A stretch of DNA of 55,005 nucleotides, counting the filler, from Bipalium vagum (lineage: Eukaryota): the NCBI GenBank assembly GCA_037834085.1. It is 3 parts of 3 records of this genome, joined end to end, with 100 filler letters (N's around TTAATTAATTAA, not from the genome) between each part and the next. Parts side by side here need not be neighbours in the genome. Positions count along the whole stretch, not along the records: positions 1 to 19,164 come from JBBMKC010008478.1; positions 19,265 to 39,143 come from JBBMKC010265870.1; 1 more part is not named here. The stretch is one strand, 5' to 3'. Under the pieces are notes generated by a model. It was not told the DNA's origin. It did not search any database and was given only the letters and a program-made list of their open reading frames with translations. The translations under genes and the position numbers were made by a program. Below, piece by piece: positions 13,901 to 26,475 of the stretch; position 1 is the first letter of the stretch; the number at the start of each line of letters is the position of its first letter.

Positions 13901-16900
13901 CATTAGAAAAATTTTCCACTGACATATATGAAAATCAACAAGGTTTGAAACCTTATTTTAAATTGAATTCTTTACAGCCCTCAAATAAATTTTTAAAAAT
14001 TTGAATAAATATACAATAGAATTAGAAAATTGAAAAATTTTAACTAGAAATAACTGAAATATTTTATATAAGAATTAAAGTAATATACTATTTTAAATTG
14101 TTGATTATTTTTATTATTTCTATTGTTTTAATAAATCAAAAATAATTAAATATTAAGTGATAATAATATTGTGAGTATATTATAAAATTTTGTAGAAATT
14201 TGAAGTACAATTGATAACAGTTAAATATAAAGTTTTCTTAAGTTCTCAAATTTGACTAAAATTTTTTATTTAAATTGACAGCAGTTTTCAGAAAAATAGC
14301 TTGAGAAATTTTGAAAAAGAAAATCAATTTTTGAAATCTTTGCTTTGCTATGCTTACTTTTTAAAATTTTCATCATGTTAAAAACCTTTATAAGTTTCAG
14401 CTTATTATCTGAAAATTGTGATAGTTGAAATTTTGAATATTTCAAAACTTTCAAAGATGAAAAAAATTTCTTTCTTCCATTCACAAAAATTTGAAAAAGA
14501 CAAAACATTTAATAATTCCCTTCAATCTATTCAAATTTTCATAATAATTTTTGAACAATATATCTATATATAAACTGAATATGGTACATTAAATAAATAA
14601 TAATTAATAATAATAATAATATTAATTATTATTATTATTATTATTGCTATTGCTATTATTATCACTATTTTTTCATGTAATCGGAAGTTTTTTTAAAATG
14701 TTATGCTTTCGGTCTGTCATTTATAATTAGAATTATTGAAGTTTTATATTTATCCCTGTTAATGAAAATTAATCTCACAATGCCTTTAATTGGAAAGTGC
14801 TATTTTTATAATTTCTTAACGTTTCTGGTGATAATGAAGGGCCGTTAATTTTCTATAATGATTTTGAGTTACTTGGTTATAATTTTCCTTTTTTATTTGA
14901 AAACAGCCTAATGCAGAAAATTACAGAATTTATTTTAGGCCTCGGTTTAGTTTTAAAAAATTCTATTCGTCTACCATTTTCAAGAGAATATCGGTTTTCT
15001 CTCGATTATCTTCAAATCAAGTCATATGTTGATGATTTGAAATCTGTTAAACTGAGTTGCATTGTCAAAGAATTAGAATATGAATCGAAGAAGTCCAAGT
15101 TGATTTTGGCATTTTAAATTATTCTTTACATCAATATTTATATAGTGATAATATTCAAGTTGTTCAAGAAAAAATATCTTTGATATCCGATCTGATCATA
15201 ATGCACGAGACATGGACCGGAACTGTACACCGACACTTGGCCAAGTTGGTGCTTAATCTTGCAAAATTATTGAAATGCGGAAATTGTCAGTCAAAGTAAA
15301 TAATTTTTCCTCTATTTCTCTGAATGATTGTATCAATCCATCGATTGCTAAATTAAATCATAATCGAAATTTGTTTACAAAACAAATAATTTTATATAAA
15401 AAATTCAAAAATCAGTCGATTTTTTATGGAACCTCTTTGAAGAAGTAATTTTTCATGATATTTTTTTCACATTATAGCGCCTTTCTTTCTTATAAAGACT
15501 TTCTAAAGTATAAAGAACATTAGAATCTATTCGAAACACTTAAAATCATTTCTTTCGATTAACAATTTTGAATTGTATAAATATATATCGATTACCATTT
15601 TGATCGGCGTCTTGATTTGCATTAGTGAAGAAAAGTAAACTAAATATTTGACATTCTTAAATTTATTTCTTTAAAAATGATAATGACAGTTTCGATTTTA
15701 ATTTATGGATAGTTATTCGTAACCAGATATTTTAACGATTTTTTCTGTTTTCTTTATTATTGGTGATTAGGGACTTTTTAATTTTTAACTTATTCTTTCT
15801 TTTTGTCAGTGGATTATAATTTTTATAATAATTTAATAAAAAGTTCTAATTTTAAATTTTCGATTTGTAACAGAAAATGAAGTGCAAATTTTATTTTAAT
15901 GAGTATAAAAATTAGATAATAAACATTCAATTATTTTTTTGAGAATATTTTATAAAAACTTTAGTGGATGAAGAAATACATCTCACTCATTCAGCTTTGA
16001 ATTACTATGTAGGATTTTTCCAAGCTCGAGTTTTTGGAAATATGACTTTTAGAGAAGCTTTTTGGTTTTTTTTCTTTAATATTCAAAATTTTATCAATTA
16101 AAATAAACTGATGACGCTAACGCTAAGTGTTACAAGAAATCGTCAATTTAAAATAAACCAAAATGACCTATACTACTATTACTACTACTAATAATAATAA
16201 TAAATAATCAATGAAAAAATTTTTATATTCTAGGTCTCGATTTTTAATTTTATATTTAGCTCAAAAGGTAAAATTCAGGAAGGGTTCAAAATTAATTTTA
16301 GAATTATTTGAAAGTTGAGAATAAATAGTTGTTCTTTTTTTAAAGATTTAAGTCTGAAGCTTGTTGTCGTAAAGCGTTATGGATTTGGGAAAATCTTCGA
16401 CCCGAAAAGGAGTGTCAGTATAATGAAAAAGAAAATGAATGCAGGGAAATACTTTTTAATTTACTCTTGGAAGATCCCTGTTACTCTTCTCTGCTCGAAG
16501 CAAAAGATCTAATATACAAAACATTCGACAGTCGCATGAAATTTCTGGGTAAGGTGTTTCCTCCAATTACATAGTGAATATATTGTTATAGGATGTTATG
16601 ATCCACTCACCATTCAATTAGTACCAGTTATTAAGTTGGTTAATTCAATGGATTTCCAATTATCTTCTAAGAATCGGAAAGAAAAGGAAATTCTTTCTTT
16701 TAGAAGCTCTATGAAAACCAGTAGAAGATATAAATCACTTTCTGAAAATCTAATCACGCCCAACATTCATTTTGAGAATCGATTTTTGTCAAACTCGAAT
16801 ATTGGTAAAGACAGTAAACCATCCACCACATCCAGTTTACAATTCATTAATCGATATTCTAGTAGTACTGATTATTTTAGTGAAGATATCGATTGGAATA

Positions 16901-17594
16901 TTATTTCCAACAGTGCCACCAATTCGAGGTCCAGTAAAATGTCAGGTTTGATTTAATTGTGATATTTCCAACAAGTTTGAAAAATTTTAGTTGATAATAA
17001 TTTTTTTAGGAAATTTTCACGTGTTATTTGAAAATCATTAATGCAATTATGTATCGAACAGAATTCCGTATTAAAAAATATAGGCTTATGTCAATGTTCT
17101 TACAATTTTTAACAATTTCAAAGCGAATTCAAATCTTTTAGATCACTCAACTTTATCTTTATCCTCAAATTGGCCTCCAAAATCTTTTGAACTAAAAAAA
17201 TAATTTCAACTTAAAATCATCGTTTTTAGTTTAAAGATCTCTCATCTTTTTAACACGAGCAATATTCTTGCAACTGATTTCGCTTTTAGTCCTGCCACAA
17301 ATTTTGGAAATATGAAACAACTTATTAGCAATATGGAAACTCTGGTATAGATTCTCAATATCTATAATAAAATCTTTCTCCTAACAATGACTTAATAAAT
17401 ATTTCTTAATCAACCTTTAGTTTTGATATGGAATCTCATGATCACATAATGTTGTTTTTGATAACGAAAATTTATTCTTTACCTTCTTCTTCGATGTATA
17501 CTGCTTAACATTTAAAGGAAAAAAATCCTTTTTAATTAAGATAACATAATTTTAATTTAAAAATATCAGTAAATATTTCGACTTAAAAATATGA

Positions 17595-17659
<65 letters not shown>

Positions 17660-18037
17660 TATTCTATTTTTAATAATAAGGATCTCGATTGACAAGTGCT
17701 AACAGTAAAACATATTCTATAAATTATTTGAATAATAATATTAATAATGGTACTCCCAAACGATGTCAATCGATGTTCATGGAACATGAAATGCCAAAGT
17801 ATATTTACTTAGGAGATATGTCATCATTAGCTAGTATCTCAGTACCTAAAAGATATAGAGAGAAGAAATATTCATCAAATTCTGAAAAACAAGTTTGTGT
17901 CAATGAGAAATTTTATTTGTTGACTTTGTTGTTAGGTTCGGTTCAATACCATGGATAAAACAATAAAGAATCATTCCAATCACGAAGAAATGACTCGAAT
18001 TATTCAGAGAAAAATACAAAAAATGAATTTAATTTAA
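1992..18037 (+). CDS. Multi-exon STAND-type NTPase: DUF4062-like N-terminus, NACHT-like P-loop, TPR-like repeats and Ser-rich tail (TTC41/NPHP3/TEP1-like); 5' end not found, probably upstream of the window
   Basis: Phase-consistent GT-AG exons: 1992-2347 (SWIG..LSFTEILSLHAGL..PLFYFR..MEILKQKL), 6166-6370, 8203-8315 (Walker A GPRGAGKS), 9503-9613, 9661-9839 (Walker B LVIVIDGLD), 10497-10775 (WIPEVIPDNVRIIMS), 10901-11117, 11171-11407 (LSLSRRGL), 11479-11686, 12063-12297, 12841-12904, 12951-13069, 13126-13321, 14907-15098, 15146-15285 (GTVHRHLAKLVLNLAKL), an exon starting 15965, 16346-16548 (EACCRKALWIWE), 16592-16945, 17681-17892, 17936-18037 (TAA). Junctions between 13321-14907 and 15965-16346 are unresolved. 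The delimited exons sum to about 3.7 kb. Confidence 0.8.
3305..4505 (+). mobile_element. Near full-length but inactive mariner with both TIRs, in an intron of the NACHT-TPR gene
   Basis: TIRs TCAGGTAACGAACT-GTTTTTTCGTTTTTT (~3307-3335) and its reverse complement (~4473-4503). Motifs VQNWFKKF, VTYDERWIYHDN, HPPYSPDIAPSDFYLF. Contains in-frame stops and frameshifts. Confidence 0.95.
8435..8912 (-). mobile_element. Mariner 5' fragment (irritans-like N-terminus), intronic
   Basis: MKNLKNCVVIEYLF...DMVDVLGKSVPSYATVKDWV..FKSGR on the minus strand. TIR-like GTAGGTTGCGTGAAAAATCTTTGGCC at ~8883-8908. Confidence 0.7.
17599..17659. repeat. (ATT)n microsatellite just upstream of an exon acceptor
   Basis: About 20 perfect trinucleotide units are directly visible. 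Confidence 0.97.
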
Positions 18038-19164
18038 TCTATTATCAACAAACATGTTAAACTTCAATTATGTTCTGTCGTATTCAAAAAGAAGAATTTT
18101 TAATAACAATAGGAATCATTTTTGATGTTTAAAGAAAATAGCAATTGATTTTTAACTGTCTTTTAAAAACTTGATTCTGCGAAATAAGGAAATTATTTGG
18201 CTTTTTTATATCCAAGTGTGAAAACTGTTTCCAGACTCGAACTCAGCCTTAATGAAGAAATGTAGAAATAATATATTGGTTTTAGGGTTTGCCCAGAAAT
18301 TTTTTTATGCAATTAATATTAAATTTTTTTATAATAAACATTTAAAAATATTTTAAAGAATATATGAAAAACTGATTTGAACAAAATAAAATGACTAATA
18401 ATTAAGATACTTTTTGAAAAGAATGTCAATAATATCCATCGCAACATATGAAAACAATAAGATGTGTGCCTTTACATATTTTTAGCTTCATTGAGGTTGA
18501 GTTTGTATTTTTCTATGATGATACTATAGATCTATGATTAGTTCAATTTAGCCATCTGTTATAGTTCATCGTTAATGCAACTATAAATTCCTAATGTCAA
18601 GAAGACAACTAAAATAAGTGAAATTTTCATAACAATAATAATAAGAAATAAGATAATTTTCTTTCATTCAACCTAATATCAGGGTCAATAAACGCTTCAT
18701 GATTTGATTGTAAAGTCTTTTCAGTTACCAACTTTTGATTTAATTAATAGATCTGGTAATTTCACCCATTTTACGGTTCATTCCTGCATAATTTAAGTAT
18801 AAAACTGTTATGTAATAGGATTTATATTTTATTACAAAAAGGAAGGATTGATTAAAAACCTTTAATTTAATGAAATTGAAAGAATTTCAAAAAGAAAAGC
18901 TTATATAAAACAAATTACAAAATAAAATTGCAGGAAAGGTAACATTCTTTTTGAGATGATATTGTGAAGATCCTAAGTTGATGGACAAAAAGATGTTAAA
19001 GGTTGGAGCGTAAACGTGTCTCAGGTCTCAACGGTTGAAGGTTGCTTAAGGTTGTGTTCGAACGAGTTAAATAAACTGAGAAAACACTTTTCTGTTTAAT
19101 ACTTTTATTTGAAATTAATATCAAAATTATTACAATGAGTGATAACAATTCTGACCGACAAAAA

Positions 19165-19264
19165 NNNNNNNNNNNNNNNNNNNNNNNNNNNNNNNNNNNN
19201 NNNNNNNNTTAATTAATTAANNNNNNNNNNNNNNNNNNNNNNNNNNNNNNNNNNNNNNNNNNNN
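19165..19264. other. Assembly join: 44 N + TTAATTAATTAA + 44 N (artificial six-frame-stop linker)
   Basis: Exactly 100 nt; identical structure recurs at 39144-39243. Confidence 0.95.
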
Positions 19265-19340
19265 TTATTAATTTTATTATTAATTTTATTATTAATTTTA
19301 TTATTAATTTTATTATTAATTTTATTATTAATTTTATTAT
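19265..19340. repeat. (TTATTAATT)n 9-bp tandem repeat at contig edge
   Basis: About 8 copies directly after the gap. Confidence 0.9.
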
Positions 19341-21479
19341 TTTTTATATTATTATTATGGCTTTTTATTTAATTTATTATTTATTTAATGAATTTTACTC
19401 ATAGGAATTTTAACACTATTATTAAATTATTATTATTTTAAAATTATTATACAAAATTAATTATTTAATTCAATATTAGGTAACAAATTTACCAAAGGCC
19501 TTCATTAATCCCTACATATTTAACTAATCAAATGTTTGAAATAATGATTTTAATTTTGAAGAAAATCTATTTTTATAAAAAAAAACGTTTGTTGAAAAAC
19601 ATAACAGATATTCTGATATTTATTAAACCGAACTCTTTAAAAGATTTCATTATATGTTTAGTATAATGTTACCAGACATTGAGCAGCAATCAAATTATAT
19701 TGTAATATTTTTCTAAGTACATTTTTCTCACTTTGATGTTCAGTTGATATTTTAACTTTTGTACTGCTTATTAAGAGGTAAGTTCTCTCTCATTATTAGG
19801 TTCTCTCTTCTTATTAACGTTTTATGATTATTATATTACTCCCCATATTTTTCCATTTATTTCAAAAATATTTAGAAGATTATATGAATATGTCATTAAG
19901 AATATTATACAGTCGTAGCTCCTTCAATGAAATCCAGAGGGTTTTATCAGCCTTGTAGACCCTTCTTCAGTTTGATCAATTCTATTCTTTTGGTGGTCTA
20001 TTGATATTCATGATACCATTGTAATAAATTGAATTATGACATATTTTATAAATCGGGAATAAATAAAAATTTTTTTTTAATTTGGGTACAACTTTTAACC
20101 ATTCTAAGGTACCAAAATATAATGAAGAAAATATTAGAGAAAAAGTACAATACAAAAAGGACATCTATTCTTTAAAAAGTCATTAATGAGATGATTATTT
20201 ATAATTTCCATCACCAGGCAAAAATTAAAATCGCAAAAGAATAGTAAATTAAATAGTAAATTCTTACTTTATTTCCATATTATTTTGCTTTACTTTTGTA
20301 CCATTTCCGACTCAGTTCCTCTTTGAGTATCATTGGAGTTATAATGACCTGTGCTGTCCTATTTGTACAATTTTATTATCTTACACATTTCTGCATATCT
20401 GAAAAAATCTCTCCTTTTCGGATCTTGAATCTTTTATCAAATTTGAATATTGGTCCTTATATTTAAAAACCCATTGATTTTTGCTAGAGGATGGAGATTA
20501 CACTAAAATTATTCCCCTGTTTTTTCAAAATTATTTTGTACGGTTCATTCATATCTGCTTTTAATCATTTCGAAGGCATTGTTTTTCCACTTTAATACAT
20601 TACGGCTATGTACAGATAAATATGATTCTGATCTGCGAACATTTACGATCAACTCCTATCAATGAATAAAAAGACGTTTAGTTATTCTTAATACACTTTT
20701 TACGAAATGTTTTTCAATTAAAACAATAAATTAATTTTTTTAATAAATTAATTCGTGGATCTTTCATATTGTTTGTGGTCAAGCAGAAATAATACATGTA
20801 CTTAAATCTTTTAGGTTAATCTTTATTTATATTTTCCATATGATGAGACAGTGAGCAGGTTTTTTTCATTTTTAAAAAGGCCCTTTCAAAAGTAAAATCA
20901 AACTTTTCTCTATGCGGTAATAATTAATATAACATAGTTAGAGAATAACTTTTTAAGTCCTCAATTTTTTTTACTTCTTTACTTCAATTTCTGTAAAGAA
21001 TAACTTTCCCATTCACACATTGATTTTCTTTGTTAGACCCCTCACATTGAATGAACATGTTTAACTCATCATTTGATGTTATTTTTAAGGAATAGCAGTC
21101 AGCATCAATTCTAAATTCATTCTCCTTTTATAACATTCACATCTTCTTTCAATATTAATATAGAGATCTGAATTAAGACCGATATTGTGCAGGTGCTGAT
21201 TTCTGAATTGTACCTTGTACCAAACTGGTGATTCTTAAGTTTATAGAGATGGATTAATAATAAGTGGGTTGTTAATAATGATTTATAATAATTCCATAAT
21301 GTAAATAATGTTCTAAGTTTTGAAGTTTTATCACCACTGAGTTTAAAGGTGTACTAAAACGGTCGGTTATTTGTATTAATAAGTAAATTAAGTTGAAAAA
21401 ATCAGATTGTCATTTTGCTTCAAATTTATTTTAGTTGCAAAACCTTTTGTTGATACGGTCATCCAAATCCCTCTAAAAT

Positions 21480-22250
21480 TTTCTATTTAATATGTTATCA
21501 TTTTGTGACATTGGTCACTGTTTTGATTGTTAAAAAATTCTTCGTTTTCGCAGTTACAGATATTACTTTTAGGCCTTCGTCATTTATTGTCTGTAATATT
21601 TTACTTTTAAAGATCTTGAATCCCTCTGAATAAGGAATTTTAATAATTTTTTTATATTCATTATTTTCTTTTTCTTTCTTCACATTACATTCTTGATTGT
21701 TCATAAATTTATTCACGGTATCTTCAATCATCGTTTCAATTTTCCAATGTGGATAAGCATTATTTTGTAATCTTCTTTTCAGTTCATTCAATTCTATATC
21801 AATCTGCTTATAATCTGATGTTAAAGACCAAACTCGGTGTATTCATCCTTTCATTAGGTCATTTTTATACTTTTCCTCACAGTAGCTGTTATTTGATGCG
21901 TGTAAGACGGTATCTTTTCTTTTTCTATATAATGATTTTTTCAATGTATTACTTGGTTTTTCTTTTATTACTAATGGTAATTTGTTTTCACTTTCCTTTT
22001 TAATATTGAACTTTATATTAGGATGGAGATTATTTATGTATTCTACGAATGGTTCAATTTCTTTTTCCTTTTTGAATGCATCATCAGCATACCGTTTATA
22101 CACTAGTGGTCTATTCTTATTAGAATCGTTTATTTTCTTTTCCAAGCTATCCATAAATAAAAAAGCCAATGTTGGTTCTAAAGGTGATCCCATAGCAACT
22201 CCATCTCTTTGCGTGTACTATTCGCTAATGAACAAAAAAGAAATTTATAT
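21480..22250 (-). mobile_element. Penelope-like retroelement reverse transcriptase fragment
   Basis: YTQRDGVAMGSPL.PTLA.LFM..LE, YKRYADD, INNLHPNIKF..KKE, YRK and LQNNAYP are the RT core and thumb motifs of PLEs. Frameshifted; no GIY-YIG domain recognised. Confidence 0.85.
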
Positions 22251-22879
22251 ATTGATAAAATATATTTATTTCTGAGTTCCAAAACCGGTTACTTTATACA
22301 AACCTTTTGTAATGGTTTACAATGCTTACAAGAGATTTATCTGGAAATGGGATTTCCTAAGGGGACCCGTGAGCTTTCAGCCTCACATGGCCTTACTACT
22401 TTAGATTTGTAAAGTATGATTATATTAAAAATTCCTTATGTGCATCAGATTTTTCTCTATAAGACAAAATAATTGATAGATTTATTAAATTGTCATCTGA
22501 CTTCTCTAAAAAATTATTTTTCGGTATATGTTAGAGTCATGCTTTGTAATAGAGCTAAATGTTATCATTCTAAAAAAATATTTATTTATTTTCTTTTAGA
22601 AAAAAATAAATTATATCAAAGCTTTCTGTCTTTTATTCGTAGATAAAGTTTCAGAAACAAGTAATAACTTTAATAACAAAATTTTTTTTGAAAATTAAAT
22701 TTTTTCAAGTAGACTTGAGATAAGGGAATTTGCTTCCATCGTTTTCTTATAGATTAATTATTATTATAAATATTGTGTATTTGTCATTGAGAATAAAACT
22801 AAAAGCCAATATTGAAATATATCTATAAAATATCAATATTTAGTATTTGTTTTAACTGATTAAATAGTTAATTTGTTTT

Positions 22880-23620
22880 AGCAAAAATGCAAAATCATAG
22901 ACCAAGAATTGCGAGAGTCATTATTATTTTGCTACAATTTTAAGAATTCAACAGTCCGAACCAAAATGCCGAGAATGGTATCGACAATTTAAGACAGATG
23001 ACTTTAGCATTGAAGACAAAGAACATTTAGGACAACCAAAGAAATTCCAAGATAATGATTTAAGAGAAATTATCAAAGAAGACCCATGCCAAATGCTTGA
23101 AGAAATAGCGAAAACATCGAATATTGACAGGTCAACTGCTGGTAAACGGATGCATGCATTGAGAATAGTTCAAAAGTATTGAAAATGAAAACCATATGGT
23201 TTAACCGAAAGGCAACAAGAAAATCGCAAAACTGTTTTCGAAATATTACTTACAACGCGCTCATTTTTGCATCGAATTATAACTGATGACGAAATATGGG
23301 TGTGGTATAAAAATCTCAAACGCAGAAAATCATGGACAATCCCTAAAGAATTATCAACATCGACAGTACAAAGATGGGAGAACAGAAGTAAAGTAATGCT
23401 ATGTATTTGGTGGGACCAAACAGGAGTACTGTATCATGAACTTCTCAAACCATATGAAACTGTAACTAGGGATTGATATCAGCAGTAATTACTCAATTTA
23501 AGATGAGCAATAAGTACCAAGAGACTACAATACCGCCTAAGACATGATCAGATCATTTTGCAACACAATAATTTGTAAAATCAGTTAAGGAAAAATTGAA
23601 AAGACTTGGCTGGGAGATAT
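22880..23620 (+). mobile_element. Mariner transposase remnant
   Basis: WYRQFK.DDFSIEDKEH.GQPKKF, RIITDDEIWV, KVMLCIWWDQTGVLYHELLKPYETVT, RLGWE; truncated before YSPD. Confidence 0.9.
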
Positions 23621-26154
23621 AATAATTAATTTCTATGATTTTCAATATATTATCCTCAAGAAATCCTATTTATCCATTCTTGCTATGCAATATCAATACT
23701 TGCAAAAAAATTTTATTTTCTTATGACCTATTATCATTTCTCTTACCTTTTCATGTAATCATTTTATTTTTATATTTCTTTAAAAAACTCTTCGATAAAA
23801 CAATATTAATATTCTTTATTTTTGTTTTAACAAAGTTAAATATAAAAATAAACATATTATATAATCGAATCTATATAATATTAATAAAAATAAATTATCT
23901 TATAATTATATATTATTATATAAGATTGGCTTAATTAATATCAATGTTTGTTAATTTAGTTTTTTTTTAATTATTCCTTTAAAACGACCATTCTTTTAAA
24001 TTTATTGATTATTTAACACTCAGATAAAATCTGATCTCAGTCTTTTATATAGATTATATTGACTTCATTTTTATAACTTATTAATTATTATCATTATACT
24101 TTTAAACTTTTATACTTTTTATCATTATAAATTTTTTTTAATTTATCGCTGCCAGAAGGACAACTTTTTTTTCAAAAGAACGCACAATAATGATTGAAAT
24201 TATTATAATTACTATTTAATTTCATTATTGTTTTTTTAAAATTGTGTATTTATATTAAATTAATTAGGCGTTGACGATTTGTACATTAGTTAATTTTTTT
24301 TTCAATTAAAGTCTTTCTAATTTATAGAAATGATAAAATGTTTAGAAATATTTATTTCCGCCTAAATTAGTGACTTAAAATAATTATTATTGCAATGACA
24401 AAGAGTAAAAGTATTCAAGAAATTCGCTTGTTTCTTTGTGTCGATGAATATCATTAGAAACGATTTAATTAAATGATTGAGGAAACATAGACTATAAATA
24501 AGCTAATTTACTTTGTCTAAAATATTATTAATTTTCTATAAGAACAATAAAAGTTTGTGTTTTCGCATTTAAACAAGTGTTTATTTTAGTTTAATGTTTA
24601 TATGTAAACAGAGAATTGATTAAATACGGAAAATTTCATAATTAGAAAATATTTTTTATTTATATTTCTTTATAAATTTATAATTATTTATATATTTGTA
24701 CTTTAATTCATATTTAATTCAATAATTTAGCGAAAAAATAATAATAATAATTCGAGAGACAATTAAAATTTCTTTTATCAAATGTTATTTTAATTCTATA
24801 ATTTAACTAAAATAAAAACAAATTAAAACAAATCGTGATTTTTAATATCAAAGTATTTTATAATTAATCATAATTCTCTGTAACTAGACAAGAATAAATA
24901 TCAAATCAATGAATATTCTTCAAATAAAGGTGTTATATGTGAAGAATCTAATTGTTCTACTTTTCTTTAATTAAATAATAATTAAATCATTCTTTATTAT
25001 TCTGTTTACTGACTAATTAAGTAGATAGCAAAATCTTATTAAATAAAAGTATCTATTTTAGCTTGTTCAGTGTTCGAAATTAATATTTGTGTAATTAAAA
25101 AAATAAGATAAATATATTATTGAATTGTGCTAAATGTATACAATGTTAATCAATTGCAATATTTCCCTATTTTTGACAGGTTTTCTTTATAGAATTTGGA
25201 ACTCGTTTATTATATATTTTTGTTTAAACTAATAATAAAGTAGAACCTTAATTTACTATTTCAGCCTAATTCTTACTTCTGGATAAAAAATCAAAAACTA
25301 CATTTATTTATACTTCCTCTTAACTACTTCTCATTTCTCTAATTATGACGGTACTTGACTATATTACTAATACCTGAGTATACACTTTTGCAATAAATTC
25401 CGAAGAAATGTGATCCAGAAGTAGTTTATCTAACAAAACGTTCTTCAATTTATCGAAATACATTTTATCTAAGACTTTTTACATTTATGTGTACAAATAG
25501 GTTCTAGTTTTTACAAAGGCAACTTTAAAAATTCGATTTCCATATTTTGTGCATTCTTTGAATCAAATATTGTATACCAAGTAATAAGACAAATCATTAT
25601 CTACAGTCTTTAGGTATACCATGTCTTTTTATCATGTATTTTGCTTGTAGCCAACATTGAGAATTAATAGATTATTATAATTAGGAAATTAGGAAAAGTC
25701 TGTGGAAGAAAATAGGCGTTTTAGTTATTTATTGTAGAAGTTATATTGATTTAAAATTTTTAAAAGGTATCATTTAACACCTTTAGGCAGTTAAGTATTA
25801 ATTAATTTGTTGCTTTTTACGTAATGTATCAATCAAAGTTATCAACATAGAAATTATCTACTGCAAACTGGCTAATGTCATTCAGCATTGCAAGAACATT
25901 TTTGAAAGTGAGATTCTTAGTGCTAATATTTGGCATCAAAAACAATATTTCTCCAAAAACATAATTGCTTCGACAATCTCTGGTAGGTTTAGTTCCTTAT
26001 ATTTTTTGTGCAACTTTTTAATTTCAGATTAAAATGATCACAACTTTAAGATATTTAAACAAAATGTGTTATTTCACGTTTGAGTCATTGCATAATTATC
26101 TTTTATGGTCAATTTAGTCAAATGAAATTTTATTAATCAAAATATTCATTGTCA

Positions 26155-26196
26155 ATGGTCACAATGAGCAGGTTGTCACATTGACAGGTTTTACTG
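26155..26196. mobile_element. Isolated pogo/Tigger-like terminal repeat
   Basis: Reverse complement reads TA-CAGTAAAACCTGTCAATGTGACAACCTG; no partner end found. Confidence 0.4.
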
Positions 26197-26475
26197 TATA
26201 AGAAACTAACATTTGCAGGAAGTCTTTTGCATTATTATATTTCCAAGAAAAACTGTCAGATTATCTTTAATTATGACATAAAAATATTAGTTTTTCCAAT
26301 TTAGAAATTTTAAGAACAAAGATAAATTTGAAGGTAACGAACTAGAAATGTTACTGGATTAAGAGCCATGTTAAACACAATTTTAACTCGTTGACGTATC
26401 TTTACTTCAATGTAAAGCACTTCATGTCATAATTTTTGACATGCATTTCTTCTTTAAGAGTCATCTACATTTATA

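Noticed and set aside
16100-16150. CTGATGA...GAAA..GTC hammerhead-like string in an intron
   Set aside because: Stem I and stem III do not pair properly; best explained as chance or a short inverted repeat.
19265-19340. CRISPR-like or telomeric array
   Set aside because: Simple AT-only tandem repeat with no spacers and no TTAGGG-type unit.
19935-19980. Minus-strand CTGAAGAAGGGTCT hammerhead-like start
   Set aside because: No GAAA follows the stem and there is no cleavage triplet or stem I.
20280-20680. Possible decayed transposase fragments (also 17050-17480, 33650-33990, 36610-36800, 41990-42340)
   Set aside because: Only one short, weak motif each (for example CNLHPL, LDDNAS, HPPISTLI); a family cannot be supported without a search.
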